A stretch of 64,000 nt of DNA from positions 26,908,001 to 26,972,000 of the forward strand of contig NC_082722.1 of NCBI RefSeq assembly GCF_030144855.1, read 5' to 3'. This DNA comes from Hypanus sabinus (Eukaryota). This document shows positions 12,490 through 23,439 of this stretch, piece after piece. The position numbers and the translations under genes were made by a program. The notes beneath the pieces were generated by a model. The model was not told the origin of the DNA and searched no databases. It saw only the letters and a program-made list of their open reading frames with translations. How positions within the stretch are numbered: position 1 is the first letter of the stretch; each line of letters begins with the position of its first letter.

Positions 12490-13935
12490 CTTTTTAAAGC
12501 CTTTGAGTGTTTAAAGTTGTTGGACAGCAAATGCCACGCCATATTCTTTTAAAAAAGGATGTAGGGAAAAGACGGGTAAATATAGGCTAGTTAGCTCAAC
12601 ATCTGTAGTCGGGAAATGCTTGACGCTCTCACTAAGGGAAAAAATAGCGAAACATTTAAAAAGCAGTGGTTCCATTAGACAGACGCAGCGTAGATTCAGA
12701 AAGGGCGGGTCCTGTTTGACATGCTCACTGGAGTTTTTTGAGAACATAATGAGTGTTGTGGATGGAGGGGAACAGGTGGATGCCGTATGCTTGGACTTCT
12801 AGAAGGCGTTCGATAAGGTGCCGCACAAGTGACATCTCAATTAGATATGGAGGCATGAAGTCGGATGAAGTGTACTGGCATGTTTAGTGTAATGGTTATC
12901 CAATAGAAGGCAGAGTGTTGTTATAAATGGGTATTTTTCGGGTTGGCATTCAGTGGTGAGTGGCGTGCTGCAGGGGTTCCGTGCTAGGTCCGCAGCTGTT
13001 TAGCATTTGCATTGATGATTTGGAAGAGGGGACGGAGTGTAGCGTAGTAACATTTTCTGATGACACTAGTCTGAATGGAAAAGCAAAGTGTATATAAGAT
13101 GTGGATAGTCTGCAGAGGGCTATCGATAGATTAAGTGAGTGGGCTAAGGTCTGGCAGATGGAATATAATGTTGGAAGGAATAATAGAAAAGCAGTTTATT
13201 ATTTAAATGGTGAAAGATTGCAGCATGTTATTGTGCAGAGGGACTTGGTAGTGTTTGTGAATTAATCACAAATATTTGGCTTGCAGGTTGAACAGGTTAT
13301 TAAAAAGGCATATGGAACCTTGATTTTCATTTCTGGAGTGATTGAATTCAAGAGATGGGAGGTCATGCTGCACTGTACAGTGTTCTAGAGTCTGCACCTG
13401 GAGTACTGTGTACATTTCTGGTCACCATACTTGAGGCAGGATATATTGGCTTTGGATGCAGTGTAGAGGAGTTTCACCAAATTGATTCTAGAGATGAAGT
13501 GGAGAGATTGAGTCGCCTGGGATGATACTCTCTGGAATTCAGAAGACTGAGAGCGGAATTTCTGGAAATATAAAAAAAATTGAAAGGGATAGATAACATA
13601 GAAGTAGGAAAGTTTCCATTGGTAGGTGAGACAAGAACTAGGGGACATTGCCTCCAGATTCAGGGGAGAAGATTTATGATGGAGAAGAGGAGAAACTATT
13701 TTAACAAAGAGTGGTGATTCTGTGGCAGGGAAACAGTTGAGGCTTCTTCCCTAAATATATATAAGATACAACTAGATAGATTTTTACATAGTAGGAGAAT
13801 TAACGGTAATGGGGAAAAGGCAGGTAGATGGAGCTGAGATTACGTACAGATCAAACATGATGTTATTTAATGGCGGATCGTGCTCAATTGGCCGGATGGC
13901 TTACTCCTGCTCATATTTCTTAAGTTTTTTATGTT
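12490..13935 (+). mobile_element. CR1 LINE RT/3' region in the G1 intron after the V exon, same insertion as 56390-57830
   Basis: VDAVCLDF..KAFDKV and HLEYCVHFWSPY remnants. Co-linear with the 56.4-57.8 kb copy including flanks. Confidence 0.9.
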
Positions 13936-14255
13936 CTTATGGGCTGGCTGAGGAATACGTCAAGGCGGGAAGCGGGTGAGGATTTGTGTAGGAACATAGG
14001 CATAACAAATATATGGTTGGAAATATCAACGGGCCAAATAATAAGTGGAGCTAAAGCCAATATGCAGAATCACATCGAAATAATAAACAGAATAATCTGA
14101 AATGATATTTTCCTGTTTAAAAAAAAAGCTCGAAAGGAAATTAATGGCACAAATTTTCAAACAGCAATAACAATTCACATCATTCCGGCAATCTTGGCTT
14201 TTCTTCGAATGCAAAGAAATGAAAATGTTCCACTTACAGGAATAAAGACTCTTAC

Positions 14256-14463
14256 TTAACACAATAAGCTGAGAGCCACATCCATTTCCCAATACTTGCT
14301 GCTGACTTTGGTTGTATAGTTGCTTTCTGACACTTCTTCATCCACGAAATTTCAGCAGTATCTTGTAGCTTTGGAAATGTGCAGTACATGGATTCATTTC
14401 CACCGATTGAGGTTTTTCAGGTTGGAGGGAATTTTTCCTCTTTGACCGAAGTTGTTTTTGTGG
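14256..14463 (-). pseudogene. G1 VJ pseudo-exon: TKTTSVKEEKFPPT*KTSIGGNESMYCTFPKLQDTAEISW...[deletion]...QQVLGNGCGSQLIVL
   Basis: Acceptor tgctttgtcAG, donor A|GTAAGA. In-frame TGA, and a ~100 nt internal deletion removes the YYC strand. Length 208 nt is not a multiple of 3. Aligns to 58140-58452. Confidence 0.9.
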
Positions 14464-14648
14464 CTGACAAAGCACAAGTGAGAATTATGAATACAGTTAC
14501 ATTCACGGAAAACGAATCAACAGACAAAATAGTCAGAATATTAGTATGCGAATTGGATGTTTACTGTTGCTAAATTTGTTGTGGGTAAATGATGTCTAAT
14601 ATTATAAGATGTCTGTTTCTTAGATTGGGCACAAAAACTTTCGCGTAC

Positions 14649-14703
14649 CTGGCCGAAACACGGCGAGCAGAGCCGCGAACCAAACGGTTGCATCCACCGA
14701 CAT
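14649..14703 (-). pseudogene. G1 leader exon MSVDATVWFAALLAVFRP(A)
   Basis: ATG, hydrophobic core and phase-1 donor G|GTACGC, 181 nt upstream of the V acceptor. Paralogous to 58638-58692. Confidence 0.8.
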
Positions 14704-14765
14704 TGCAAATGAGAGTGGTCTGTCTGAAAGATAGAAGTTTATAGTATGTAATAATCAAGTGGAAA

Positions 14766-14772
14766 TTATATA
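14766..14772 (-). promoter_or_regulatory. TATA-like box of G1
   Basis: TATATAA 63 nt upstream of the leader ATG, conserved at the same offset in G3. Confidence 0.5.
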
Positions 14773-14914
14773 TGAAGTTACATGGTCAAGGCTACGTCGA
14801 TGCCTTGAGTAGAAGATATTTTGTAGATAGAGGAAATCCCGTGGAATACACACAACGAGCGAGCCGATTACTGCATCAATTGTGAAAAACAAACATTCGA
14901 TGTTTCTAGGAAGT

Positions 14915-15283
14915 TACTTCTTCAAGACTGGAAAGGAAGGGGGAGGAAGCCAAAATAAGGAGGTAGAAGAGTGAAAGGCGTATAAACTGGCAGCTGATAA
15001 TTGGGGGCAGGGGGACTTAAAGAGGTGGTATCTGATAGGTGGATTTATATTCCATCTCGATAGCCTCCAACCTGCTGATCTGAACATAGAATTCTCAGAC
15101 ATTCAGTAATTTCTCCCGTACAGCTGTCATCATTTTCTATTTCCCATTTTTGGTGCCTTTGTATCCCTTCTCTTCTCTTCACCTTGCTTTGCTGCTGCTC
15201 CTATTTCACTTTCTACAATGGCCCAAAGCCCTGTCCTATCAGATTCCTTCTAATTTCGTCTTTTACCACTTGAAGTTAATAAA
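14915..15283 (-). mobile_element. Penelope-like/SINE-like tail fragment, shared with 59820-60190
   Basis: cttcaagactggaaaggaaggggg... and agattcct motifs, as in the 19.0-19.4 kb element. Confidence 0.5.
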
Positions 15284-15284
15284 T

Positions 15285-15608
15285 TATCAGGGGTGATTGA
15301 TAAGTTCGTGGTTTAAGGAAGAAGGAGATGAGTGATTAACTGCAGCCTTTCTGCGTGATCACTAGAACAGTTGACCTGCATGTGCATGTAACGAGAGCTG
15401 TTTAATTTATCACCGTCTACCTTAGGCCACGAACTTATCAATCACCCATCTGTGGACACTTTCTGAAGGTCCAAGTTCCGAATGCTCCATGACAGCTGGA
15501 CTAAGTGTATAAATTTAAGAGGGGACTCTGCTGAAATATAAATGTGCTAGGTTTTCTAAAATTGACTGTTTCTACTTCAGGACACGAACCTATCAATCAC
15601 CCCTCATA
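15285..15608. mobile_element. Tc1/mariner-type MITE with TA-flanked TIRs and a third internal arm
   Basis: Left TATCAGGGGTGATTGATAAGTTCGTGG, internal inverted arm ccacgaacttatcaatcaccc (~15427-15447), right arm acacgaacctatcaatcacccctcaTA. Confidence 0.7.
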
Positions 15609-16849
15609 CAGAACAGGAAAATGTCTTTCGACCAATGATGTCTGCAACGATCACAATGCAAATAGAACTCTACCGGATAGCACGTCGTCTGCAGCCCTCA
15701 TTTTTGCCTGTTCGTGGGCATATTTGAATGTCTTTTAAACATTGTGATCAAATCAACACTCTCTTGTCGCACTGTCAAGTCCTCCATTACTCTCTGCGTA
15801 ATCTACCTGCTACGCAACCTCAGTTAAATGTTCCTCTCTTATTTCAAGGCGATGCCTTCTGTAAACTGCCGCTAAAATGAATGAGTGGTATCCGTAAAGA
15901 GAATGGCAAGGCATACAGGATTGGAAAATCCCGTTTCACGAGGACATTGAGACACTATTTTGCAACATCTATAGGGAACGGATTCCAGCAAATCACGACA
16001 GAAATATAAGATGTACTTCAGTAGAGCCGACGGGAATTATGAGAGCACAAAGGTAGCATGATAAAACTTCTGAATATAAGACAAAAGGAAACGAGGAGAC
16101 AGCGACATAGAAATCGCGATGACCGAGCTGTAAATTATTATTTCCCATCACTGTCGTGAAAATCATGGAAACTAAGGGATTAAAGGGAATTAACATTATA
16201 TTTTCACATGAGAAAAATGGAGGCGTCGGGGAACCGGGTTTTTCACGGTGTAAGAAGTCAGACCGTTTGATGAACTTACGGCACCTGATCAAATGCATCT
16301 TTTGAGATGTGAGAAACCAGGGGAGAAATTCTAAGGTCTATTGCAGAGATATCAGCATCGTCTTTTACGGGCATTGTGTTACCGTAGCATTGGAGAGTGG
16401 AAAATGTGCATTTTCTTAAGAACATCTGCAAGCACAAGAGGAAAGCTAAAGGTGGCGAGCCTTTAGGTGGCGAGGAAAGCTACAGGTGGTGCATAGAAAC
16501 ATACAGGAGTGGATCGGAGGGACAAAAACTATCACAATTTGAAAAGGGGAAGTTTGAAAAAGTGCCGGTCAGCATTGATTTGACATTTGGGATCACAAGT
16601 TTGATTGAGTTGCTTTGATGAGGTGATGAAAAAAATTGAGGAGTGCAACAATTGGACTATAAATTCATTGACTTTTGCAAGGTCCCGAATTGCAGGCTTG
16701 CACAGAAAACTCTATAAACATGGGAGCCAGTGTGAGCTAGCCACCCACGCACAAGAATACAAAGTTGGTTTAGCAAAGGGAGTCAAACGGTGAACGTGGA
16801 AAATTGGTGTCAAGAATGACCGCCTGCAGCTGGTGGTGTACTGAACAGG

Positions 16850-17640
16850 TAGGCTCCATTTCCAGTATTGTTTGTCATCTCCGAAATATTCGGATTAACT
16901 TCGGTAATATCTTCGGAATGCAACAGAATTGGTGGTATATTAGGCAATGAAAGAAACCTACAAAGATAAACTGCGAAAGCAGGACAAGAAAATGTAGATA
17001 GAATATTACTCGTAGGTTTGCGAAGTGTTGTATTTTCTTTAGATAAACCAGGACATGAATTGCACAGTAGATTGCCCAGGGCATTGAAGTAAAACAAAGC
17101 GACTGAGGGAATATGCAGATTGATCTTTGAACGTGACCATAGAAGTGGGCAGACTGGTAAAGAAGGTGTTCGTCACATTTATTCATAGTTGTCGCAATGA
17201 TTGCAGCTGTACCGGTCGTTGGTAAAGCATCCTCAGAGCATTCTGTGCATTTCTGATCAGCTGGCTACAGAAAATGCCCGACAAATCTTGAAATAGTCCA
17301 TAAAAGATGCACAAATACATTTGCGGGTCAGCCTGTTTTTAACTGTAGGGAAAGTCTGTGCTTACTCTTCCCTAGAGCACAGGAGTTTGAGAAGTGACCT
17401 TATATATTTAGGGGCGTAAGCAGGGGCATGGTTACAGTCTTTTACCCAGAATAGCTGAATTGAAAAGAATGTATCGACTCAAGATGAGAGAGAATACATA
17501 TAAGTGGATCTAGGGCAAGGTTTCCAAAGCAGTTGGCTTGGTAACTGGAATAGAGTACGGGATGAATCTGTAGAAGTGGGTACGACTGCAATGTGTTAGA
17601 AACATTTGGATTGGTACACAGATAGAAAAGGTTTACTGTG
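16850..17640 (+). mobile_element. Old degenerate CR1 fragment belonging to the duplicated flank
   Basis: CR1 RT C-terminal remnants, with related copies at ~28.5, ~47.3 and ~62 kb. Confidence 0.6.
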
Positions 17641-17899
17641 GTAAGTGACAAACGCAAGAAAACTGGTCTAGCTAGGATAGTTTTCTCGGTCTACATGGGC
17701 CAATTGGGACGAAGTCCTGGTGCAGCGCCATTTGAAGCCATGGATGCATCTAGATTGTGCTGGAGTGCATTCCTTGGAATGCCGGGGATAACAGGGTGTT
17801 GTGAGAATGCTACAGGGCTATTGTGTGATTTACGTAATTGGTGCTTGACAGTAGGCATGGAGGTAGTCGCGCGAATCTGTTCTGTGCATGTATCACTTA

Positions 17900-18960
17900 T
17901 TCCCGTAAGCTAGCGAAGTATTCTCCAGTTGTGTCGTCATGTTAATTCAAGATTAGGAACAAGGGCTGGAAACAATTGTCCCATTCATATGAAATTAATT
18001 TATGCGAAAAAAATACGCACCTGCCTTCTGGTGCTCAGAGCAATATTCTGCTGGTTAATTGAAGGGAATGATGATAATCACAATCGAGGATAAAACATAG
18101 TGCAGATGCCGTAGGAGTTTAAAATGCACCTTGCAAATATCAGCCAGATTGTACGTAAATCGCCAAATGCCTGTTAATTGAAATTTACTCACTGCTAAAG
18201 CTGTATTTAATCTGTTTGAAGGTACTGATAATTACGAATTTTACGCATTTTAAGATTTTTTAATCTTTAACTTTTGTTTTCGTTTTGCAAGATTTCAGAA
18301 GTTTTTAAATTTACCACAAAAAAAAATCAGATGGTTAAAACTTTTTCGGTTTGACAGTCCCGCTTAACTTGAAGGCTGTTACATTAATTATTTCAAGAGA
18401 TGTGTTGGACTATTCGAGAAACCCCATGAATTGTGAAATAACTCCTATTTCCATGTTCATGACTTTATAATATAAAATGTTTCCCCAGCCACCAGGAGCG
18501 TTCTCATAGTTAAAAAGTACTTACAGGCATCTTGCAGAGATTGCAAATTCCACTGCACTTTTACTGTAACGTGAAAGGTGCTTGGTAGAGTAGGGAGAAT
18601 CAACGAGTGGGAAAAAAATCACTCCCTTAATTTGCAACCATTCATCGAGCGATCGATAAGAAATCTTCGATCTGTTTCGCTCTCCCCTGATGTTTTCTAT
18701 ACTATTGCGGGCATGCTTTTTTTGAATTTGCTGTTGTTGTCCAGAGGTCACAGTGCTATCTAACCTGATATTCATCCCCAGGTTCTTGTGTTACTTCATT
18801 CATGGCTTTGAAATCGTAGTGAGAAGATTGGATACTAGATCAAAAAGACTTCAGCATGCTGTCTGCTCCTTCTTTCCTTCTGTCAGCGGCAGCTATCGAA
18901 GCAATTCTCCCTCAGATACAGCACGTTACCTTTAGCTCTCAGTGTTTCTAGTTTCCGATA
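17900..18960 (+). repeat. Locus flank block, copy U1
   Basis: gaagggaatgatgataatcacaatcgagg... is homologous to 29.74, 48.39 and 62.89 kb, and closest to 62.75-63.8 kb. Confidence 0.85.
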
Positions 18961-19012
18961 ATATCGAATATTTTCTCAAAGGACTGATAAAAGAGTATTC
19001 AATACAGTAACA

Positions 19013-19800
19013 GAAGAGTTTCTGGAGATGCTGGAATCTAGAGCAACACACACAAAATGAACTCAGCAGACCAGGCAGCATCTATAGAAATGAATGAACA
19101 GTCAACGTTTCGGTCCGCGTCCCTTCATTAGGACTGGAAAGCAGGGAGGAATATACCAGAATAAAAAGATGGTGAGATGGAGGTGATAGGTGAAGTCAGT
19201 TTGAGGGGGCTTTGAGGGGAGGGGAAGAGGGCTGTGTGCGGTTGGGTGGTGGGATGAAATAAGAAGCTGGGAGGTCAGATGTTGATATGCAAAGAGCTGG
19301 ATAATAAAGAATCTAAGAGGAGAGGAGAGTAGGCTACGGCAGAAAAGGAAGGCAGTAGGACAGAAGTGGCGGATATATGCAGCAGAGCAGAGAGAATAAG
19401 CAGACAGAGGTGGGATCAAAAGAGAGACCTGGGAGGGAAAAATACATGAAGGAGAAGTCGATGTTCATTTTGTCAGGTTGAAGGCTACATAGCCTGACTC
19501 CGAGGTGTTGCTCGCCCACCCTGAGAGTAGCCTTATGAAGGCGTAAGAAGAGAACATGAATGGAAATGTCGAAACGTTAATCGATAGGAATAAAAATAAT
19601 TGGCCACTCGCAAATTCCGCATTTTGGGATGGACTGGAGTTGCTCGAAAAAGTGGTCCATTGTTTAAGTCGATTCTCACCAGTGTATAGGAAGCCACATC
19701 GGTAGCTCAGGCTACAGTACACGACGCTACCCGATTCGCAGGTAGTGTTAACCTGCAATAAAGGTGATAAAGTTATAATTTTCAGATTGACTTCGCCTGT
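19013..19800 (-). mobile_element. Penelope-like element 3' end with GIY-YIG endonuclease remnant
   Basis: NTTCESGSVVYCSLSYRCGFLYTGE resembles the Penelope GIY-YIG motif (TC.S..V.YCI.C.RC..LYIGE), followed by the typical tail. Confidence 0.75.
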
Positions 19801-19859
19801 CAGGTAATTTTTCCTATATTTGGATTTACATTTTCTGATTCGAAAAATGCAGAAGTCTT

Positions 19860-22800
19860 CACCCATCTTCAAATTCATTGAAACAGCTATGTCAGTATAG
19901 AATCTATCTCTGTTGTGGAATTACTTACATAAATAATAACCTTTTTATTCATGGAACGGCCACTTGCTTGTTTCAATGCGCTATCTGTCGTCGATATCCG
20001 ACCACATTTCATTATTTTCTGCGTTAAATGAAAATAAACGACAATCATTTTCCAAATAGCCGCTTGTGATGTAACCGTTCACGCTTGGAATGCTGTCAAC
20101 AATTGATACGATTAAAGATTAAACTCAAAACTCTGTTTTATTTGACATTGTGATGAAGCTAATCATTTTTCTCTTCCCAGAATGCACATGCTGTAGAATC
20201 GAAACACAGATATCGCAGAAAAATTATAGAAACATTCCGGTGCGAGGAAGAGGCTTTGAAGTCACTGTATATAAAAGAACCACTATCTGTAACCTAAACG
20301 TCTAGATTTAAAAACAAAGCCAACAGTCCGCAAATCGATTTTTGAGACACATGTAAATTTTAACCACAAAAGCTTCCGTCATATCATCAGCGGGTCCGTT
20401 AGTGTATTTCTCTGCTCTGCTATTTGTAATTTCCTGTTAACCTGCACGAGAAGTTTGTTGATCTTTAACTGAAAGGAACCATTGAATCCTAGAGTGCATT
20501 ACGGCCGAAGGCTGTTCCACCCGTTTCATCCATTCAGAACGAAAGAATTTACCAGGCTGTTCTTTTACCTCCCTACAGCATGGTAACACTTACTCTAACA
20601 ACTCTGTATACCTGTATACCTACCGTCCTCTGTCTGAAAACCATGCCGTGCCCAGCTCCCCTTTATATCTTTTCTCTCTCGGTTCACAGCTGTGCCTTCT
20701 AGATTTGGATCCCCTGTCTAGAGAAATGGGATATGAACATCTTGTATATTAATGTCCGTAACAATTGTTTTTATTTTGCAAATTCATAAAGTTGTCTCTC
20801 AGTCACCTGTACTCCAGAGTAAACAGTCCATGTCTATGCAATCTCTCCGTGCCGATAAAGCCTTCCATTCCAGGTAATGTCCCAGAAAATCTCTTATGCA
20901 ATCGTTCTAACTCTACTACGTGCTATCTGTGGACCACAAGAGCACACGACACTCCAAGACCGGCCTCGCCATTGTCTAATGGTACAACTTGCTGTTTCAG
21001 CTCTTGTCAAAATACTGGCATGAGGGCAAGTAAGCTAATTTTCTTCTCATCTGTATCCTGATGTGTCATCGTTAAGTGCACACTAAAATCCCTTTGTGCA
21101 TCAACGCTTCTAAGATCCCTCCAGTATATCCTGTCACTATTCACAGGACAGAAAATCGTAAACGCAGGAGATTCTGAAATCCAGACGAACAAACACAAAA
21201 TGCTTGAGAAAATCAGCAGGTCAAGCGCCATCTCTCATAGGAGCTCCCAACCTCACTTAATGGTCGGAGTCCTGGGCATGAAAAGTTTGGAAACACCTGC
21301 TATATGGATAAGTATGATATAAACTATCAAGGGTTCGGGTCGAGACCCCTTTTCAGTCTTTGAAGAGGATATGCTATTAATTAGCCTAGTTTTCTTAGTG
21401 GGAGGGAAGCTACATTCCCTATACTTAATTTTTAACAGCAGCAATGACCGACAATTCCACCAAGAAGTAAGTTTTGCCATGGCTTGTAAAAGAATTATGT
21501 ACAGACTGACGGATTATTAGCAATGATCGACCGACTTCTATTCTGAGCTTATTGTTAGAATTTCGAAAGGCGTTGCATCTTTAAACACTGACAATATCAT
21601 TGCCTTGAAGCTGTACAATGTTATGCAGTAATGTTTGTGGCACGGTTGTCATTAAAAAAAAACATACGGTTTATATACACCAACACAATTAATTACAGGG
21701 TCCTTAATAAGTATATTTACATAGATTTCAAAATTATATCAGCAACAAATGCGACGTGTGCAGGAGAGTTTCAGTTACCAAGTGGTGGTGTACCCGCGCA
21801 TATGAGAGGGAACAGTGATGCCTAGTGTATGCAGACTACATAGATGGGAGGTTGGTTTTGCTGATGAACTGAGCTGTGTCCATAACCTTCTGCATTTTTG
21901 CTGTATTAGGCAACCTCCTACTGTCAACATTTCTGTATTACCATTGAATCGAGACTTATGTGCAGCTTTGAATCATGGTCAATTTGAATCTTGCTGTATA
22001 AAAGCTTCATGATGTGTTCATTACAGACGAGGATTATATATATATCTTAATTTTGAATCATCGATATATTTTCGTCTATAATGCGATGTAATATTTTAGT
22101 TCTGAAAAGAAATGATGCCTCTTATCATCATGCAGAAAGGGTATGCTGGGAATAAGCAATGTTATATCAATCCACCAACTGTATGATCGATTCACAAAGC
22201 GCAAAGTACAAGGATGGCCACTAGTGACTCACTACCCTCCCACCAGCATTCAGATTTGTAACTATAGGACGGTCCCAGTATCTACGTTGATTTACCACGC
22301 CGGAAGCTCCTGCCCTATAAGACAATCTAATGCTACCTTCGCAGTCCAGCAGGTAGGAAGAGTTAAAACTTGCCTTAGGAGGTAGCAAATTTATTCGCTA
22401 TTATTTTATTTTGGGTATAAACTGCGCTGCCATGAAGCTTTAGCAAGTGAATTCAATACCCGTATATACCTGTTTCCGTGTGGGTGCGAACACAATTCAG
22501 CGAATGCTTACGGGATGATAACACCACTTATTTGTAGTTTCCATTGTTATGTTGCCCGTGAGTCACTCAGTTATTTGGCCGCAGAAATATAACAATCATT
22601 TCACATCATTCTGTGCCCTGAACTTTTTTCTCCTTTTGACTCTGTTAAGTAAAACCTAAGACATTGATAAGAGTAACGGTTAAAAGATAGTAAGCATAAA
22701 TTTCAGTATGATGTTTCTTAAAATATGCAATATACATTCGTGAATGGGGGCTCCAAAAGGCATACATATTGATACATACATTTACTGCATTCACTGCTTC

Positions 22801-23000
22801 TGAAATCTGCGTTTACGTAGAGTGCATTAAGAAACAATTACCAGAAGAGGATTTGACAATGACGTGCATTCACGAGCTTTTCTATCATCTTCAGAAAGAG
22901 CTGTTCATTTTGTATGCAGGATATTCTACAGTGCTAGCAAACAATGCTACAGGGTTGAAACGACGATGAAATGAGCGGATAATGAATATGTTATGAAGCA
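19860..23000 (-). repeat. Inverted duplicate of ~5.2-9.75 kb (block S)
   Basis: RC of 20.04-20.46 kb aligns to 8.41-8.78 kb (gtgacttc.aa.cctcttcctc, ctgtgtttcgattct.c.gc). RC of 21.4-21.65 kb aligns to 7.33-7.55 kb and RC of 19.86-20.0 kb to 8.95-9.75 kb. The 22-23 kb arm matches only weakly. Confidence 0.7.
20470..21140 (-). mobile_element. Degenerate CR1 3' fragment
   Basis: gcacacgacactccaag and gtcatcgttaagtgcacactaaaatccc CR1 remnants. Confidence 0.6.
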
Positions 23001-23439
23001 TAATTTAGAAAATATCAACGACACCACATTTGCTTGCTGAATTGGTTCGCTTTTGAGACTTCACGATTCAAGAAAATGAAAATCGGTTGGTTCTTAGTTG
23101 TATTCATGGGTAGATGGAAAACGAAAAAGAGAGATAGCAATAGAAAGATACTGGAAATTTTACTTGAATCTTGAAGTGAAGGCATTATTTACGAGTGGAA
23201 AGATCAAGGAGATTTGAGATGCAAAGTGAACTGGGTGAACGAAGCCAATGGATGATTAGCGTTGGGAAATCTACCCCAGTCACCATTCAGACAAACCTTC
23301 ACGCAGCAGGCGGGCTGTAGGGGTCACGGGTCGGCGGTACAACGAGGATGCCGATCAAGCCGATGAGCAATAACAACATAAGATATAGGAGGAGATTCTG
23401 GCCATTTTGCTGATGGGCTCTGTTCCGCCATTTCTTGCT

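Noticed and set aside
14703-14710. Ig octamer (ATTTGCAA) in G1 and G3
   Set aside because: It has one mismatch and overlaps the start codon downstream of the TATA box, which is not the position of Ig promoter octamers.
20181-20304. Plus-strand terminal exon CTCCRIETQISQKNYRNIPVRGRGFEVT..
   Set aside because: Good acceptor, but against its paralog at ~8.55-8.68 kb most changes are non-synonymous and include a stop. No upstream exons were found.
21439-21466. 28-nt micro-exon with perfect GTAAGT donor
   Set aside because: The donor is not conserved in the inverted paralog (~7.5 kb) and there are no compatible partner exons.
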